This document shows, piece after piece, positions 27,069 to 39,700 of a DNA stretch of 64,000 nt. Position 1 is the first letter of the stretch, and every line of letters starts with the position of its first letter. This stretch comes from Octopus sinensis. Lineage: Eukaryota. The stretch spans positions 12,585,360 through 12,649,359 of the forward strand of contig NC_043019.1 in the NCBI RefSeq assembly GCF_006345805.1, read 5' to 3'. The position numbers were made by a program, and so were the translations under genes. The notes beneath the pieces are model-generated. The model saw nothing but the letters and a program-made list of their open reading frames with translations, had not been told where the DNA came from and did no database searches.

Positions 27069-27115
27069 AGGCTACAGTTGGTTTCATGTTAAAGAATACT
27101 TAAGTTATCAAGCCT
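27069..27115 (-). ncRNA. Type I hammerhead-like motif with U3-A8 variant core (inverted partner)
   Basis: On minus: AGGC-TTGATAA-cttaa[gtattct]ttaacat-GAAAC-CAACT-GTA^GCCT; perfect stem I, damaged stem II. Confidence 0.58.
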
Positions 27116-27136
27116 ATCACTGGAGTTCCATCGGAC

Positions 27137-27186
27137 AGGCTTGATAATTGTTGATGTATTCTTTAGCATGAAACCAATGGTAGCTT
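27137..27186 (+). ncRNA. Type I hammerhead-like motif with U3-A8 variant core
   Basis: AGGC-TTGATAA-TTGTTGA[tgtattct]TTAGCAT-GAAAC-CAATG-GTA^GCTT. Confidence 0.65.
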
Positions 27187-27409
27187 CAATACAAGAATAA
27201 AGAACATAAATTTATATATGTGTATGTTTTTGATGTTAAGTTATATATAAGAAGAAAAAACCAATTTAACATTAAACTGAAGGGTTACTCAATACTTTTT
27301 AATTAAGTACATGTTTATTAAGCTTTGACGAAGAAAAGATTGACTATCAGCCTTTTCTTTGTGAAAGTTAATAGATATATACACTCACATGTACACACAT
27401 ACTCAGTCA

Positions 27410-27421
27410 TATTTGTGTGTG

Positions 27422-27455
<34 letters not shown>

Positions 27456-27520
27456 TATATATATATACACACACATATATATACGTATACACACACATAT
27501 ATATACGTATACATATATGT

Positions 27521-27563
<43 letters not shown>

Positions 27564-27616
27564 CATACATATATGTATACATACATATATATATATACAC
27601 ACATATATACGTATAC

Positions 27617-27648
<32 letters not shown>

Positions 27649-27671
27649 TATATACATACACACATATATAC

Positions 27672-27726
<55 letters not shown>

Positions 27727-27840
27727 TATACGTATACATATATATATGTATGTCTATATATAAATGTATGTATATATATATATATATATTATATATATAT
27801 ATATAATATATATATATATTATATATATACACACACACAC
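27410..27840. repeat. Compound (TA/CA)n microsatellite
   Basis: Visible directly; similar tracts at 3535-3830, 20290-20660, 36730-36925, 60795-61420, 62380-63090. Confidence 0.95.
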
Positions 27841-28668
27841 ATAAAGCAAACTCTGTGTGTGCATGTGTTGAGGTAACTCTTACATCCTGAGACAGTACAG
27901 TGAGTTGAAAATATATGACCTCAATCAAAGGTCAGCTGATGCACAACTTCAGAGCTTATAAACAGTAAGTAAACTGCTTTGTTTAACATTTCCAAGGGAG
28001 AGTTACTCGGTTAACGCAGCTCAAGGTTTTATGTGGTGACCTCGAGAAATTATGCCTGGGCGCTGTTCAGTATAATTGATGGGAAAGGAAATAAGGGTTC
28101 CTGCAGCTGTTTGGAATTCTTCAAATATCTAACTGTATTCATTTGTTGGCACTGTGGAAGAAAGATGCGATGTAGTTGCTTCCCCAAAATGTCCGAATGT
28201 CTGGACGTCATCTGTCCGTCTGGACGACATCTGTCTGTCTGGAGAGCAGATGGGATGCTTTGAATATCAATGCAAAATAGGTTTTTATTTAATTCAAAGA
28301 AAGCTCTTGTTATTGAAACTGATTAAGAATATACGCATCTATATACACGCAAACACACATTTCTTTATTACTTTGTTTACTGGCAAAAAGTATAGTAATA
28401 TATATGTGTGTGTGTGTGTATATATATGTATAAATCTGTATGTATGCAAAATGTACAATACATATACATGTGTGTGTATGCAATATATATATATATATAT
28501 TTATTTGTTTTAGGAAGTTAATTGTTATGACCATTCATAGAATGACCATTGGTCTCACACCTGTAAAGCACTTACCTGTATATGACCAACCATAACAATT
28601 TACTTCCGAAAAAGTATATATTAATGCTCTAACGTTTTAGCGTTCTTTTTTGAATACATGAACAACTG

Positions 28669-28715
<47 letters not shown>

Positions 28716-28957
28716 TGAAGTTATATACAATGCTTCATGTATATTTGTTGAGACAAAAGTACACACACACATACATTCGCATAAATGTGCACACATACAT
28801 GCACATGTCAACCAAACATTTCTGATGCTTAAAGTAATTGGTACCAACAACAACAATGCAAAATCAATAACACTATAGACATATACATACATATATATAT
28901 ATATATATATATTCATAACTTTATGCTGCAAGCATTGCTGCATACACACACACACAC

Positions 28958-28998
<41 letters not shown>

Positions 28999-29136
28999 AC
29001 ATACATGCATGTGTGGCTGTGATTTATACACATCAAATACACATTTACACACCACGACACCTAAATGCTTATAACCTATTATAATTTAATACACCGACAT
29101 GCTTATGCAGAGTAGCTTAATTTTATATATATATAC

Positions 29137-29185
<49 letters not shown>

Positions 29186-29835
29186 ATACATGCAAGGTGT
29201 TCGTAAATTATCTCTACAATTTTAAAAATTCAAGAAAAAAAGTGAAAAATAATAGTAATTCAGTAGAGTTTAATGGCAAACATAGACAATGAAATCAAAT
29301 TTAAGTAAAAACATCAGAATTTTTCTGTGTGGGTTCCATTGGTTGCATGCAACTTGATGGATTTCAACCCAGATAGATTCAATAAATTATAGAAGTTGTA
29401 AAGATAATTTATGAACACCTTGTATGTGTGTGTGTGTGTGTGTGTGTTTGTATGTGTGTATGTATGTGTTTATATATATATATATATATATATGTGTATA
29501 AATTTCTTTTTGAAATGAATTCTCTGTGTAAAAGCCATCTGAACGCAACTTCTGTATTTCTTTGAATGAAAATGGAAAAATAGTCTAAATTCCATTGTGT
29601 GCGAATGTGTGTTTGTGGAATTTTATGGGAAAGTTAAGATATCAAGTTAATTTCACATCATGAACTGAATTCAGTTGTTCCAAGTTGAGGCTTTGTTCCA
29701 TTCCTGCTTTAAGTTTTCCAGGAAACCCAGAGCAATGATTCACAAAAGCTTTTAGCTTTGAATCTATCTGTAGATAAATAGATAGACCGATATAATAATT
29801 TGAAACTATATATATATATAAACATATGCACATAA

Positions 29836-29897
<62 letters not shown>

Positions 29898-30533
29898 TCA
29901 TTACTCTCATTTACTCGTTTACTTGTTTCAATCATTTGACTGCGGCCATGCTGGAGCACCACCTTTAGTTGAGCAAATCGACCCCAGGAGACACAAACTA
30001 CTGACCTCTTAGCCAGTGGCTGTGTTTTACCATAGCTCTTCTACAGTTTTTAGGACAGTAGGATAGTGGGGACAGGTGACCTAAGCCATGTGAGTGAGAC
30101 TTGATAGACGAGTGGAAACTGTGCTGAAGCCTGCTGTCAGTTGCATGGACTGTGTCTATACTTCATGGTAGTGATGGTGATGGATGTAATGCATTGCTCA
30201 GTCTAACACCACCACCTGATATATGGGTTCAATTATTTTTCCCAAGGGACCAAGTTTGATCATAGGATTAATAAGCACCCAGTACACCCTGTAAAGTTGT
30301 TGGCACTAGGAAGGTATCCAGCTGCAGAAACCATGTCAAAGCAAACTCTGGAGCATAGTGCAGATCTTTAGGTCCCTCAGATTCCATCAAGCTTAGCTTA
30401 TGGCAGCATAGAACACAAAAATCCTGCCAAAACAGTCACAGAAGTCTGGTGCAGGTTTCTGCCTGGTCAGCTCTTGTGAAACCGTCCCACTCATGCTAGC
30501 GTGAAAGGCAGATGTTAAACGATGATGATGATG

Positions 30534-30568
<35 letters not shown>

Positions 30569-30887
30569 TATATATATAAAAATCATGCTCACACACACAT
30601 GTATGTATAAATATTTTACATTCACTTTTCCATGCTCACATGGGGCTGACAGAATTTTTGTTGAGGCAGATGTCAACCACTGGATGCCTTTCCTGTCACA
30701 AACACTCACCTGTATCCAAGCAAAGTTTTATATAAAGTCTATATATATATATTTGTATATATATATAATGCTATAAATCATAACATCTATATGAATGTTG
30801 AGCTAAGAGGGGACAACACTTGTATTGCTTTGGTAGTACTACTAATTTAACTCATGGACCGTATCTATACTTCATGTTAGTGATGGT

Positions 30888-31123
30888 GGCGGCGAGCTGG
30901 CAGAAACGTTAGCACACCAGGTGAAATGCAAAGCGGTATTTCGTCTGTCTTTACGTTCTGAGTTCAAATTCCGCCGAAGTCGACTTTGCCTTCCATCCTT
31001 TCGGGGTCGATTAAATAAGTACCAGTTACACACTGGGGTTGATATATATCGACTTAATCCGTTCGTCTGTCCTTGTTTGTCCTCTCTGTGTTTAGCCCCT
31101 TGTGGGTGTAGTAAAGAAATAGG
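30888..31123 (+). mobile_element. tRNA-type SINE family A, full copy (~235 bp)
   Basis: GGCGAGCTGGCAGAA A-box and GAGTTCAAATTCC B-box, central GCCTTTCATCCTTTCGGGGTCGAT..AAGTACCAG, tail GTGGGTAATAAAGAAATAG. Further copies at ~2270, 11750, 18370, 32590-33180, 33914-34146(-), 40832-41062, 43120-43720(-), 46470-46690(-), 48030-48225(-), 51230-51375(-). Confidence 0.85.
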
Positions 31124-31692
31124 TAGTACTACTACTTCTATGAGCTTTTAATTGTGTGATGGTTGTGATGGTGGTAGTGTTGGTGGTTGTTATCTGGTGT
31201 TGCTGCTGCTGCTGCTGTTGTTGTTGTATAAGTGTCATGTTAGCTTTAATCACACTGATAAAAAGCATTCCATCTGTGACTATCATGTCTCTTTTTTTTT
31301 CCCTCCCATCCCACCATGAATATAATTTTAGGTAGGACTTCATTATTTAATACGTTTTACATGTCTTGTTTAAGATGACGAGAAAGGATTTAGTTGCTAT
31401 TTCAAGTAAATTGATTGACTACTTAGCAGCCGTTTCCTTTAGATCATCAATTTGACCATTGTTGCTGTCAAGCCTTAGATCCCATCTTTCTTGACCCCCA
31501 TCTCAAACATAGTTTTTTATTTTAGAGTATAATATTTAATGTCTTGCTTCTTTTGTTTGAGAAAACACGGAGGTTTAGCTGCTATTTCTAACAGATCAAG
31601 TGACCATGTAGAGGCCATCTTCTTCGGTTCATTGATGATTGATGTGACTGTGGTTTTTTGTTCTTTATGGTTTGATTCAGGAAGCTCTGATG

Positions 31693-31740
<48 letters not shown>

Positions 31741-34554
31741 AATGTAACATAACCTAGACAAAGAAACGGATTATAGAATATTCTGGAATGACAAGTAGAT
31801 CCCATACATCAGATATACAGACCCTGCTTTTACCCCAGTCTAGTCCAACACACACATGGAACAATTTAACCCTTTTCATTACCAACCTATCTGAGACCAT
31901 CCCTGTTTCTGTGTTAAAAACTTCCTCTTTTAAAGTGCTTTAAAGTAAAACCTTCAGTCAAAATTCCTTGTTAATTTATGTTCCAAATATTAACTTAATA
32001 ATGACAAAGATATTTTACTAAATTCTTCAAAAGGCACCGGTACTGCATTACACCTCCAGCAAATGTCTTCTGCTATAGCTTCAGCTCAACCAAAGCCTTG
32101 TGAGTGGATTTGGTAGATGGAAACTGAAAGAAGCCCATCGCATGTGCGTGTGTGTCTCTTTGAGTCTGTGTTTGTCTACAACCACTGCCTGACAACCAAT
32201 GTTGGTTTGTTTATTTCCCTCATAATTTAATGTTTCAGTAAAAGAGACCAATAGAATAATTACCAGGCTTTAAAAAAATAAGCTCTGGGGTCAATTCGTT
32301 TTTGACTAAAATTCTTCGAGGTTGATGCCCCAGCATGGCCGCAGTCTAATGACTGAAACAAGCAAAGGATTAATGATACTTTTGTATCATTAGCCGAAAC
32401 AAATGTAGTGTATTTCAACAGAAATATGATAATCTAAGGATTAACTAAGCTGTATGCTGCATGTGACTGGATTATAAATTATCTTTATCTTGTCCAGCAG
32501 TTCTAAATCGGTGCACTTGTGCAATACAGGGATTATCTAGATGCAACATGAATTTTTTCTTTTTTTTTTTTTTTTAATATCTAATTTAGCCCGCCAGGTG
32601 AAATGCTTATCTGTATTTTGTCTGTCTTTGTGTTCTGAGTTCAAATTCTGCCGAGGTCAACTTTGCTTTTCATCCTTTCGGGGTCGATAAATTAAGTACC
32701 AGTTGCATACTGAGGTTGATCTAATCGACGGCCCCTCCCCCAAAATTTCAGCCTTTGCGCCTAGAGTAGGAAAGAATATTTAATTTCGCTTGCCAGGCGA
32801 AATGCTTAGCATTATTTCGTCTGTTTTTACATTCTGAGTTCAAATTCTGCCAAGGTCGACTTTGCCTTTCATTGTTTCAGTATCAGTTACATACTGTGTT
32901 CGATCTAATCAGCTAGCCCCCTCCCCCAGAATTTCGGGCCTTGTGCCTAGAGTAGAAAAGGATATTTCATATTTAAAGCTTTAAGGCAGTGAGCTGGCAG
33001 AACTGTTAACATACTGGGCAAAATACTTAAGGATCTTTTGTCCGCTGAGGCCAACTTTGCCTCTCATTCTTTTGGGGTTGATAAAATAAGTATCAGTCAA
33101 GCACTAGGGGCAATGTAATCGACTAGTCTCCCCCTACCCCAAATTGCTGGCCTTGTGCCAAAATTTTATAATTCAAGGCTTTAGAAAGTTTATCATTTTG
33201 TTATAAGCAAGTACAATTTATCAAACAAGGGAAACAAAGGGGATTTTTTTTATATCTTCTATGCCAATTTTTAAACTTTAAAATGTTTTATTTAAAAAAA
33301 TTTTTCCCTGTAAAGTGAGTCAGTCATTTAAAAAAAATTTTTAATTTCTTCTCCAGTTTATCCCCAAGTCAAACACAATTAGGACGCACCACTCTAGTCT
33401 ACAACTTATATTTCGTTAAGTCCTAAATCCGATGTATTTTGTGGTCGACTGTAGCCAACAAGTTTGTATTCAGTTGTATCACAGAGAAGCTACGATTCCT
33501 ACCAATTCTTATTACTTGTTTGTAAGGTAGTGAGCTGGCAGAATCGTTAGCATGCCAGGCAAAATGCTTTGCAGCATTTCGTCCATCTTAACATTCTGAG
33601 TTCAAATTCCACTAAGGTTGACTTTGTCTTTCACCTTTCGGGGGTCGATAAAATAACCATCTGTCAGGCACTGGGGGTCGATGTAAATGACTCACATCCT
33701 CCCCAAAAATTGTTGGCCTTGTGTCAAAAATTTTGAACTATCACCATTTGTTTGTTTATTTCTTACAAAGCAATAGATTAGCAGTAGTAGTATTAGAGCA
33801 CCAGTAAATAAAGGGCTTTGTGGTATTTTCCCCATTTTTTTTACATTCCAAGTTCAAATCTATCTGAAGTCAACTTTACTTTTCATCCATTTTAGTGTTG
33901 ATAAAATAAAGTACCTATTTCTTTATTACCCACAAGGGGCTAAACATAGATGGGACAAACAAGGACAGACATAGGTATTAAGTCGATTCCATCGACCCCA
34001 GTGCGTAACTGGTACTTAATTTATCGACCCCGAAAGGATGAAAGGCAAAGTCAACCTCGGCGGATTTGAACTCACAGCGTAACGACAGACGAAATACGGC
34101 TATGCATTTCGCCTGGCGTGCTAACGTTTCTGCCAGCTTGCCGCCTTCATTAAATAAAGTACCAGTTAACTACAGATGTTGAGTCAAATTGACTAACCCC
34201 CTCCTACCAAATTTGTGGTCTTGTATCCTATGTTAGGAATGATTATATTTTTTAAGATGTTAGATGAGACTTGGCTGCTATTTCTGGAAGGTCACCATGC
34301 AGTATAGTTGCTTCCTTCATTGGCAATATTATTTATCATGTTCTGTTTATTTATCTCTGTTTGGTAGTTGATGCTATTTAACTCTTCTTCATGTTTTTTA
34401 GTTCAATTCCTGCTGGGGTTGACTTTTTCCCAGCTTCTGGGGCTTCAATGAAATAAGTACTGTCCATCTACTAGGCCATCTCAAATCAGTCTATACATAA
34501 ATTTATGACCTTGTTCCAATATTCCATCCATTCACCCATTTTTTTTCCCGCCAT

Positions 34555-34880
34555 GGCCCCTTGAAGGGCCATGGGAGTAGAGTCAAGCTCAGGCCCCTCC
34601 TCCACTGGGTCCTATCAGAAGCAACTGTCATTATACTTCTTAGTCGGATTCCCAACCATCTCACTTTTGGCCTACCAGTCTCCTACCAGTCTTGGAGACA
34701 GAGTCCTCAGGCACCTCCTCCACTGGGTCCTATCAGAAGCAACTGTCATTACACTTTTTAGATGGATTCCCAACCATCTCATTCTTGGTCTACCCCTAAG
34801 TCTCCTACCAGTCATGGAGACAGAGTCCTCAGGCTCCTCCTCCATTGGGTCCTGTTAGAAGCAACTTTCATTAGATCCTC
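34555..34880 (-). mobile_element. Triplicated RTE-type LINE ORF C-terminal fragment
   Basis: Minus translation GRPKVRWL...ASDRTQWRR, repeated three times at a period of roughly 130 bp. Confidence 0.6.
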
Positions 34881-36205
34881 TGGTTGGATTCCAAAACAAG
34901 ACCAGCTGAGGCTATGGAACTTTATCCATCCATCTCGTTATTGGTCTATCCTTAGTTTTCCTACCAAGTTGGTTTGGCTTGAAGAATCTGTCTTGCAATT
35001 CTTTCCTGTGACATTCTAACCACTTGTCTGTAATACCAAAGCCATGACCTCCCAATGCCAATATTATTAAAAAATCAATATTTGTACATATTTATTTATA
35101 TATTTATTATTTATTTATTATAATACTGGCCTGGGTTTTCAGTGGATTTATGAATTCTTATTTTATTAGTGCGAACCTTTCACCTGCTGCAAAGTGTTAA
35201 GGTGGAAGATGGGCTTACCAAAAGTCTTGGAGATTAGTCTTCAGGTAAATTTATTTATTCTTTAATACCTGCTTAAGGAGAGCTTATTAAAACCAAATTA
35301 TTGTCAGGGACACAAGGGAACCTTTATATGGTTTCTCAAAATGCTAGATAGAGTAGTCAAATCTTCCTCAAATCACTCCCCAGCCAATGAAGGAACTTAT
35401 ATACATAGTAGCTCAAAAGGCCAAATCTTCCTCAACCACACCTTAGTACCTCAAAATGCTAAATAGAGCAGTCAAATCTTCCTCAATCATGTTCTAGCCA
35501 TTGAAAGAACTGCTACATGGTAGCTCAAACTGCTAGATAAAACAGCCAAATCCTCCTCGATTATGCCCTACTGTCTGAAAAAAAATTTTGCAAAAGGGAA
35601 AAGCCCCTCCACACATGCACACATTGGATGGCCCCATTTTAAGGGTTTGGGCCAAGGGGTTGCTTGATGAAATAGCTACAAATTTGGGTGTTGTCGAAAG
35701 CTTTGTGAGTGTGATTTGGTGGATGGAAAGAAGCCTGTTATGTTTGTATGAATGTCTTGATATTGTGAGATGGTCATAAAAGGAGTGTCACCAGCATTAG
35801 TCACTTCAAACTTTCCATGAAAAAATGGTGGGGTGGGGGAATATTACCTTGCTTGGAAACAGGTGAAGGCTAGCAACAGGAAGGGCATCCAGCTGTAGAA
35901 AATCTGCCTCAATGAGTTCCCTCTGACCCATGCTAGCATGGAAAAGTGGATGATAAAATGATGCATTTCATTTGATTACTTTTAACCCTAGTAAATTGTT
36001 AGTATTTTTAGCAAATGATATAGTATGATGCAGTAAATACATCAGCTGCTTAATACCCTTGGATTTAAAGTTGGTATGGAATGCCCTGTGGATTAAAGGA
36101 CTATGGATTCTGGGTTTTCTTATAACATTTTATTAGGTTTATTTTTTTTTTTGCCTAGAGTGCTGACTGTGGTATTTGCCTGGATTTCCTGTATCCCCAC
36201 TTCCT

Positions 36206-36243
<38 letters not shown>

Positions 36244-36393
36244 CTATATATCCCAGAGTAAGCAGATAAATGTGAAACAAGGTGGAAAAAAGAGTACTCA
36301 AATACCAGAGGTAGAGCAATATGCTTTATTGAAAAGCAGCAGAAATATAACAAAAGCTGTCACTCAGAGTTTCAGGTTTGTTAAAAAAAAAAA

Positions 36394-36431
36394 CTGTCCG
36401 ACGAATGGGAACCTGAAACTCTGAGTAACAG
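36394..36431 (+). ncRNA. Type I hammerhead-like motif with U4C substitution
   Basis: CTGT-CCGACGA-ATG[GGAA]CCT-GAAAC-TCTGA-GTA^ACAG; perfect 4-bp stem I, 3-bp stem III, one mismatch in stem II. Confidence 0.55.
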
Positions 36432-38973
36432 CTTTTGTTATATTTCTGCTGCTTTTAAATAAAGTATATATATATACATTCATACATACATACATACACA
36501 CACACACATACATAATATCTGGCTTTATGTTGAGGTATGCATGAAAATAATTTAACATTAAACTGAATAATTACTCAATACATTTTATAGAGTATATACT
36601 TTTCGTAGAAGTAAATTAACAGTGATTTTGGAGTTTTAGCCTACTAGCAGACTGAAACTTCGAAGTTACTGTCACCCTTCTTCAAAACATTATATGCACA
36701 TTATGTATACATACACACACACGTGAGTCTGAGTATGTATACATATGCGCATATATATATATATATATATACATGCACACATGTATACACACACATATAC
36801 ATGTATGTATATTATATATACACACGTATGTATGTATATTATATATACACACATACGTATGTATGTATATTATATATATATATACACACGTATGTATGTA
36901 TATATATATATACACACACATGTATGTATCATCATCATCATCATCATTTAGCGTCCGTTTTCCATGCTAGCATGGGTTGGACGGTTCTACTGGGGTCTGT
37001 GAAGCCAGAAGGCTTCATCAGGCCCAGTTAAATCTGGCAGTGTTTCTACGGCTGGATGCCCTTCCTAACGCCGTATATTATATATACACACACATATATA
37101 TATACACAATATGTGTGTGTATATATATATATATATGTAGACATACAGACATGCATGTGCACATAGTCATCCCCAACCAATAATACCATCAGATTTGTTG
37201 ACTAAAAATCAAACAAGAATATCAAAGACTTGAGCTTATTTTGCTATCAAAATGATAAAAAGATTTGAAGAAAAAAAAAATTTTTTTTTTAAACTTTCTT
37301 TTTACATTTCAATTATTTTTTTTTTTCAATGAATTGGTACATTGTTGTTGCTTTTTATTATTTTTTTTTTTTTTCGTTGTTATTGTTATAATGTTGCTCT
37401 GCTATTTTGTATATAAAACTATTTACTTCAAAACATTCAACATATCGATTTTTTTTTTTTTTTTTTATGTAATAAAATCTGTCTAATGTGAGTGTGTGTG
37501 TGTATGTATGTAATATATTTGTATAAATGTGATGTAATATATACATGTTTGTGTAGATATGTATCATTATTATTATTATTTTTTTTTTGGCCTGAAATTG
37601 TATATATATATATATATGTGTGTGTTTTTGTCTTTTCAGTATGTTATGTATGTGTGTGTGTGATTATGTAAATACATATGTTTGACTGTGTGTGTGTGTG
37701 TGTGTGTGTGTCATGAAACTAATCGTGTTTTGAAAATGTTGACAATAATAATTGTTGGCATACATATAAAATGCACACATGAAATGAAAATAAAATATAT
37801 ATATAATGTAATATTTTTTTATATTCACAAAATAAAAATATATATATCTATCTATATATATATATATATATATATGTATGTCTTTCACATCAGAATTTGT
37901 TTCTTTGTTCTTTCTTTACTTTTGCAATTTGTTTTGGTTTTGTCAGAGAAGGAATGGCAGCATTGCCAAGGAATGGTTTGGGGGTCTTGCAGACACAGAG
38001 GAAAAACAAAACCCCAACTCAAGCAGCATCAAAATATTGATTTATCTAATGCTAAATCCCATACCTAACCTGTGAGTTTGATTCCCAGACCAGGGTGTGT
38101 GTGTGTGTGTGTTGAGTTCTTGAGCAAGACACTTTATTTCACATTGCTTCAGCTGTAGAAATGAGTTGCAATGTTGCTGGGGCCTAGCTGTATCGGCCCC
38201 TTTGCCTTTCCCTTGGACAACATCAGTGGCATGGACAGGGGAGGCTAATATGTGTAGGCGACTGTGGGTCTTCCGTAAACAACCTTGCCCGAACTTGTGC
38301 CTCAGGAGGGGGGGACTTTCTCGGTGCAATCCCAAGGTCAGTCATGATCAAAGGGGGTCTTTACCCTTTTAAATCCCAGACTAAGTCTGAGTGTTTGCCA
38401 GAGCAGAGCAGAGTCTGCTTGATTCCAGGGATCACAGAATAGGTCATATGATTATAAAAGCTGTACATATGCTTGTGAGAAATTACAAAATTATGGTTAT
38501 AATTGTCATAAAAATTAATTATTATTGGTTTCATTATGAAATTATGGCCACTTGAGATATTTTTTAAATAACTTAAGATTCATAAATAAAAATAATCCTT
38601 CAGTTATTGTATTTTTAGAATACAATAACCAAAGTTTTGTTGAGGTTTAGTGTTTGAAACTTAAGGACTACTCTTCCATACTCATACACATATGTGTATG
38701 TCATGACTCATGCACTGTTCTTTTCCTGACGCTTGTACATCACCCTATGTACTATACATACACTTTAGATGAGTTGTAGTGCACCTGAGCACTGTACACA
38801 ATGTTTTATTATTATTATTATATAGGCTCAGGCGTGGCTGTGTGGTAAGAAGTTTGCTTCCCAACCACATAGTTCTGGGTTCTGTCCCACTGTGTGACAC
38901 CTTGGGTAATTGTCAACTATAGTCCCTGGCTGACCAAAGCCTTGTGTGTGGATTTAGTAGACAGAAACTGAAA

Positions 38974-39012
<39 letters not shown>

Positions 39013-39658
39013 ATTTTAGCGCCAGGATATGAGCAACCTGACTGAAAATGTTGAAGGTTGAAAGATACATGTTTATGGTAAGAAATAGAAGAAAATATAA
39101 AATAAAAAAATAAAATAGGGGTGAGTAAAACAAATAGTAATAAAACCAGTAGAGTAACTGGAAGCGTCAGGGGCAGCACTTTTTGAGTGAACTGTGTAAG
39201 CCTGTATAAACTAGGGGACCCAGAGTGGGAGCCGAATCTCAAGGGGCGTTCTAAGCGTCATAAACTCCTGCTACGCTGCTGGTTACAACCTAGTTTTAAG
39301 TTAGCGTTTTATAATACCTTGCTTTAAATATGATTATTAAAAAGAATTACGCAGTAAGGAAAACCATAGAAAAGAAACAAACTTTCGTTTTTGTTTTTGT
39401 TTTTGTTTTTTTAGTATGGGAGACAACTCTTGTTAGACTAAACATAAACTTCAGTGTACTCACCGAAGTACTGCTGTAAGAATCGTTAAAAAAATAAATA
39501 AGGAGTGGCTGTGTGGTAAGTAGCTTGCTTACCAACCACATGGTTCCGGGTTCAGTCCCACTGCGTGGCACCTTGGGCAAGTGTCTTCTACTATAGCCTC
39601 GGGCCGACCAATGCCTTGTGAGTGGATTTAGTAGACGGAAACTGAAAGAAGCCTGTCG

Positions 39659-39700
<42 letters not shown>

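Noticed and set aside
30888-30975. tRNA genes at SINE heads
   Set aside because: A/B boxes are present, but there is no complete cloverleaf and each continues into a SINE body.
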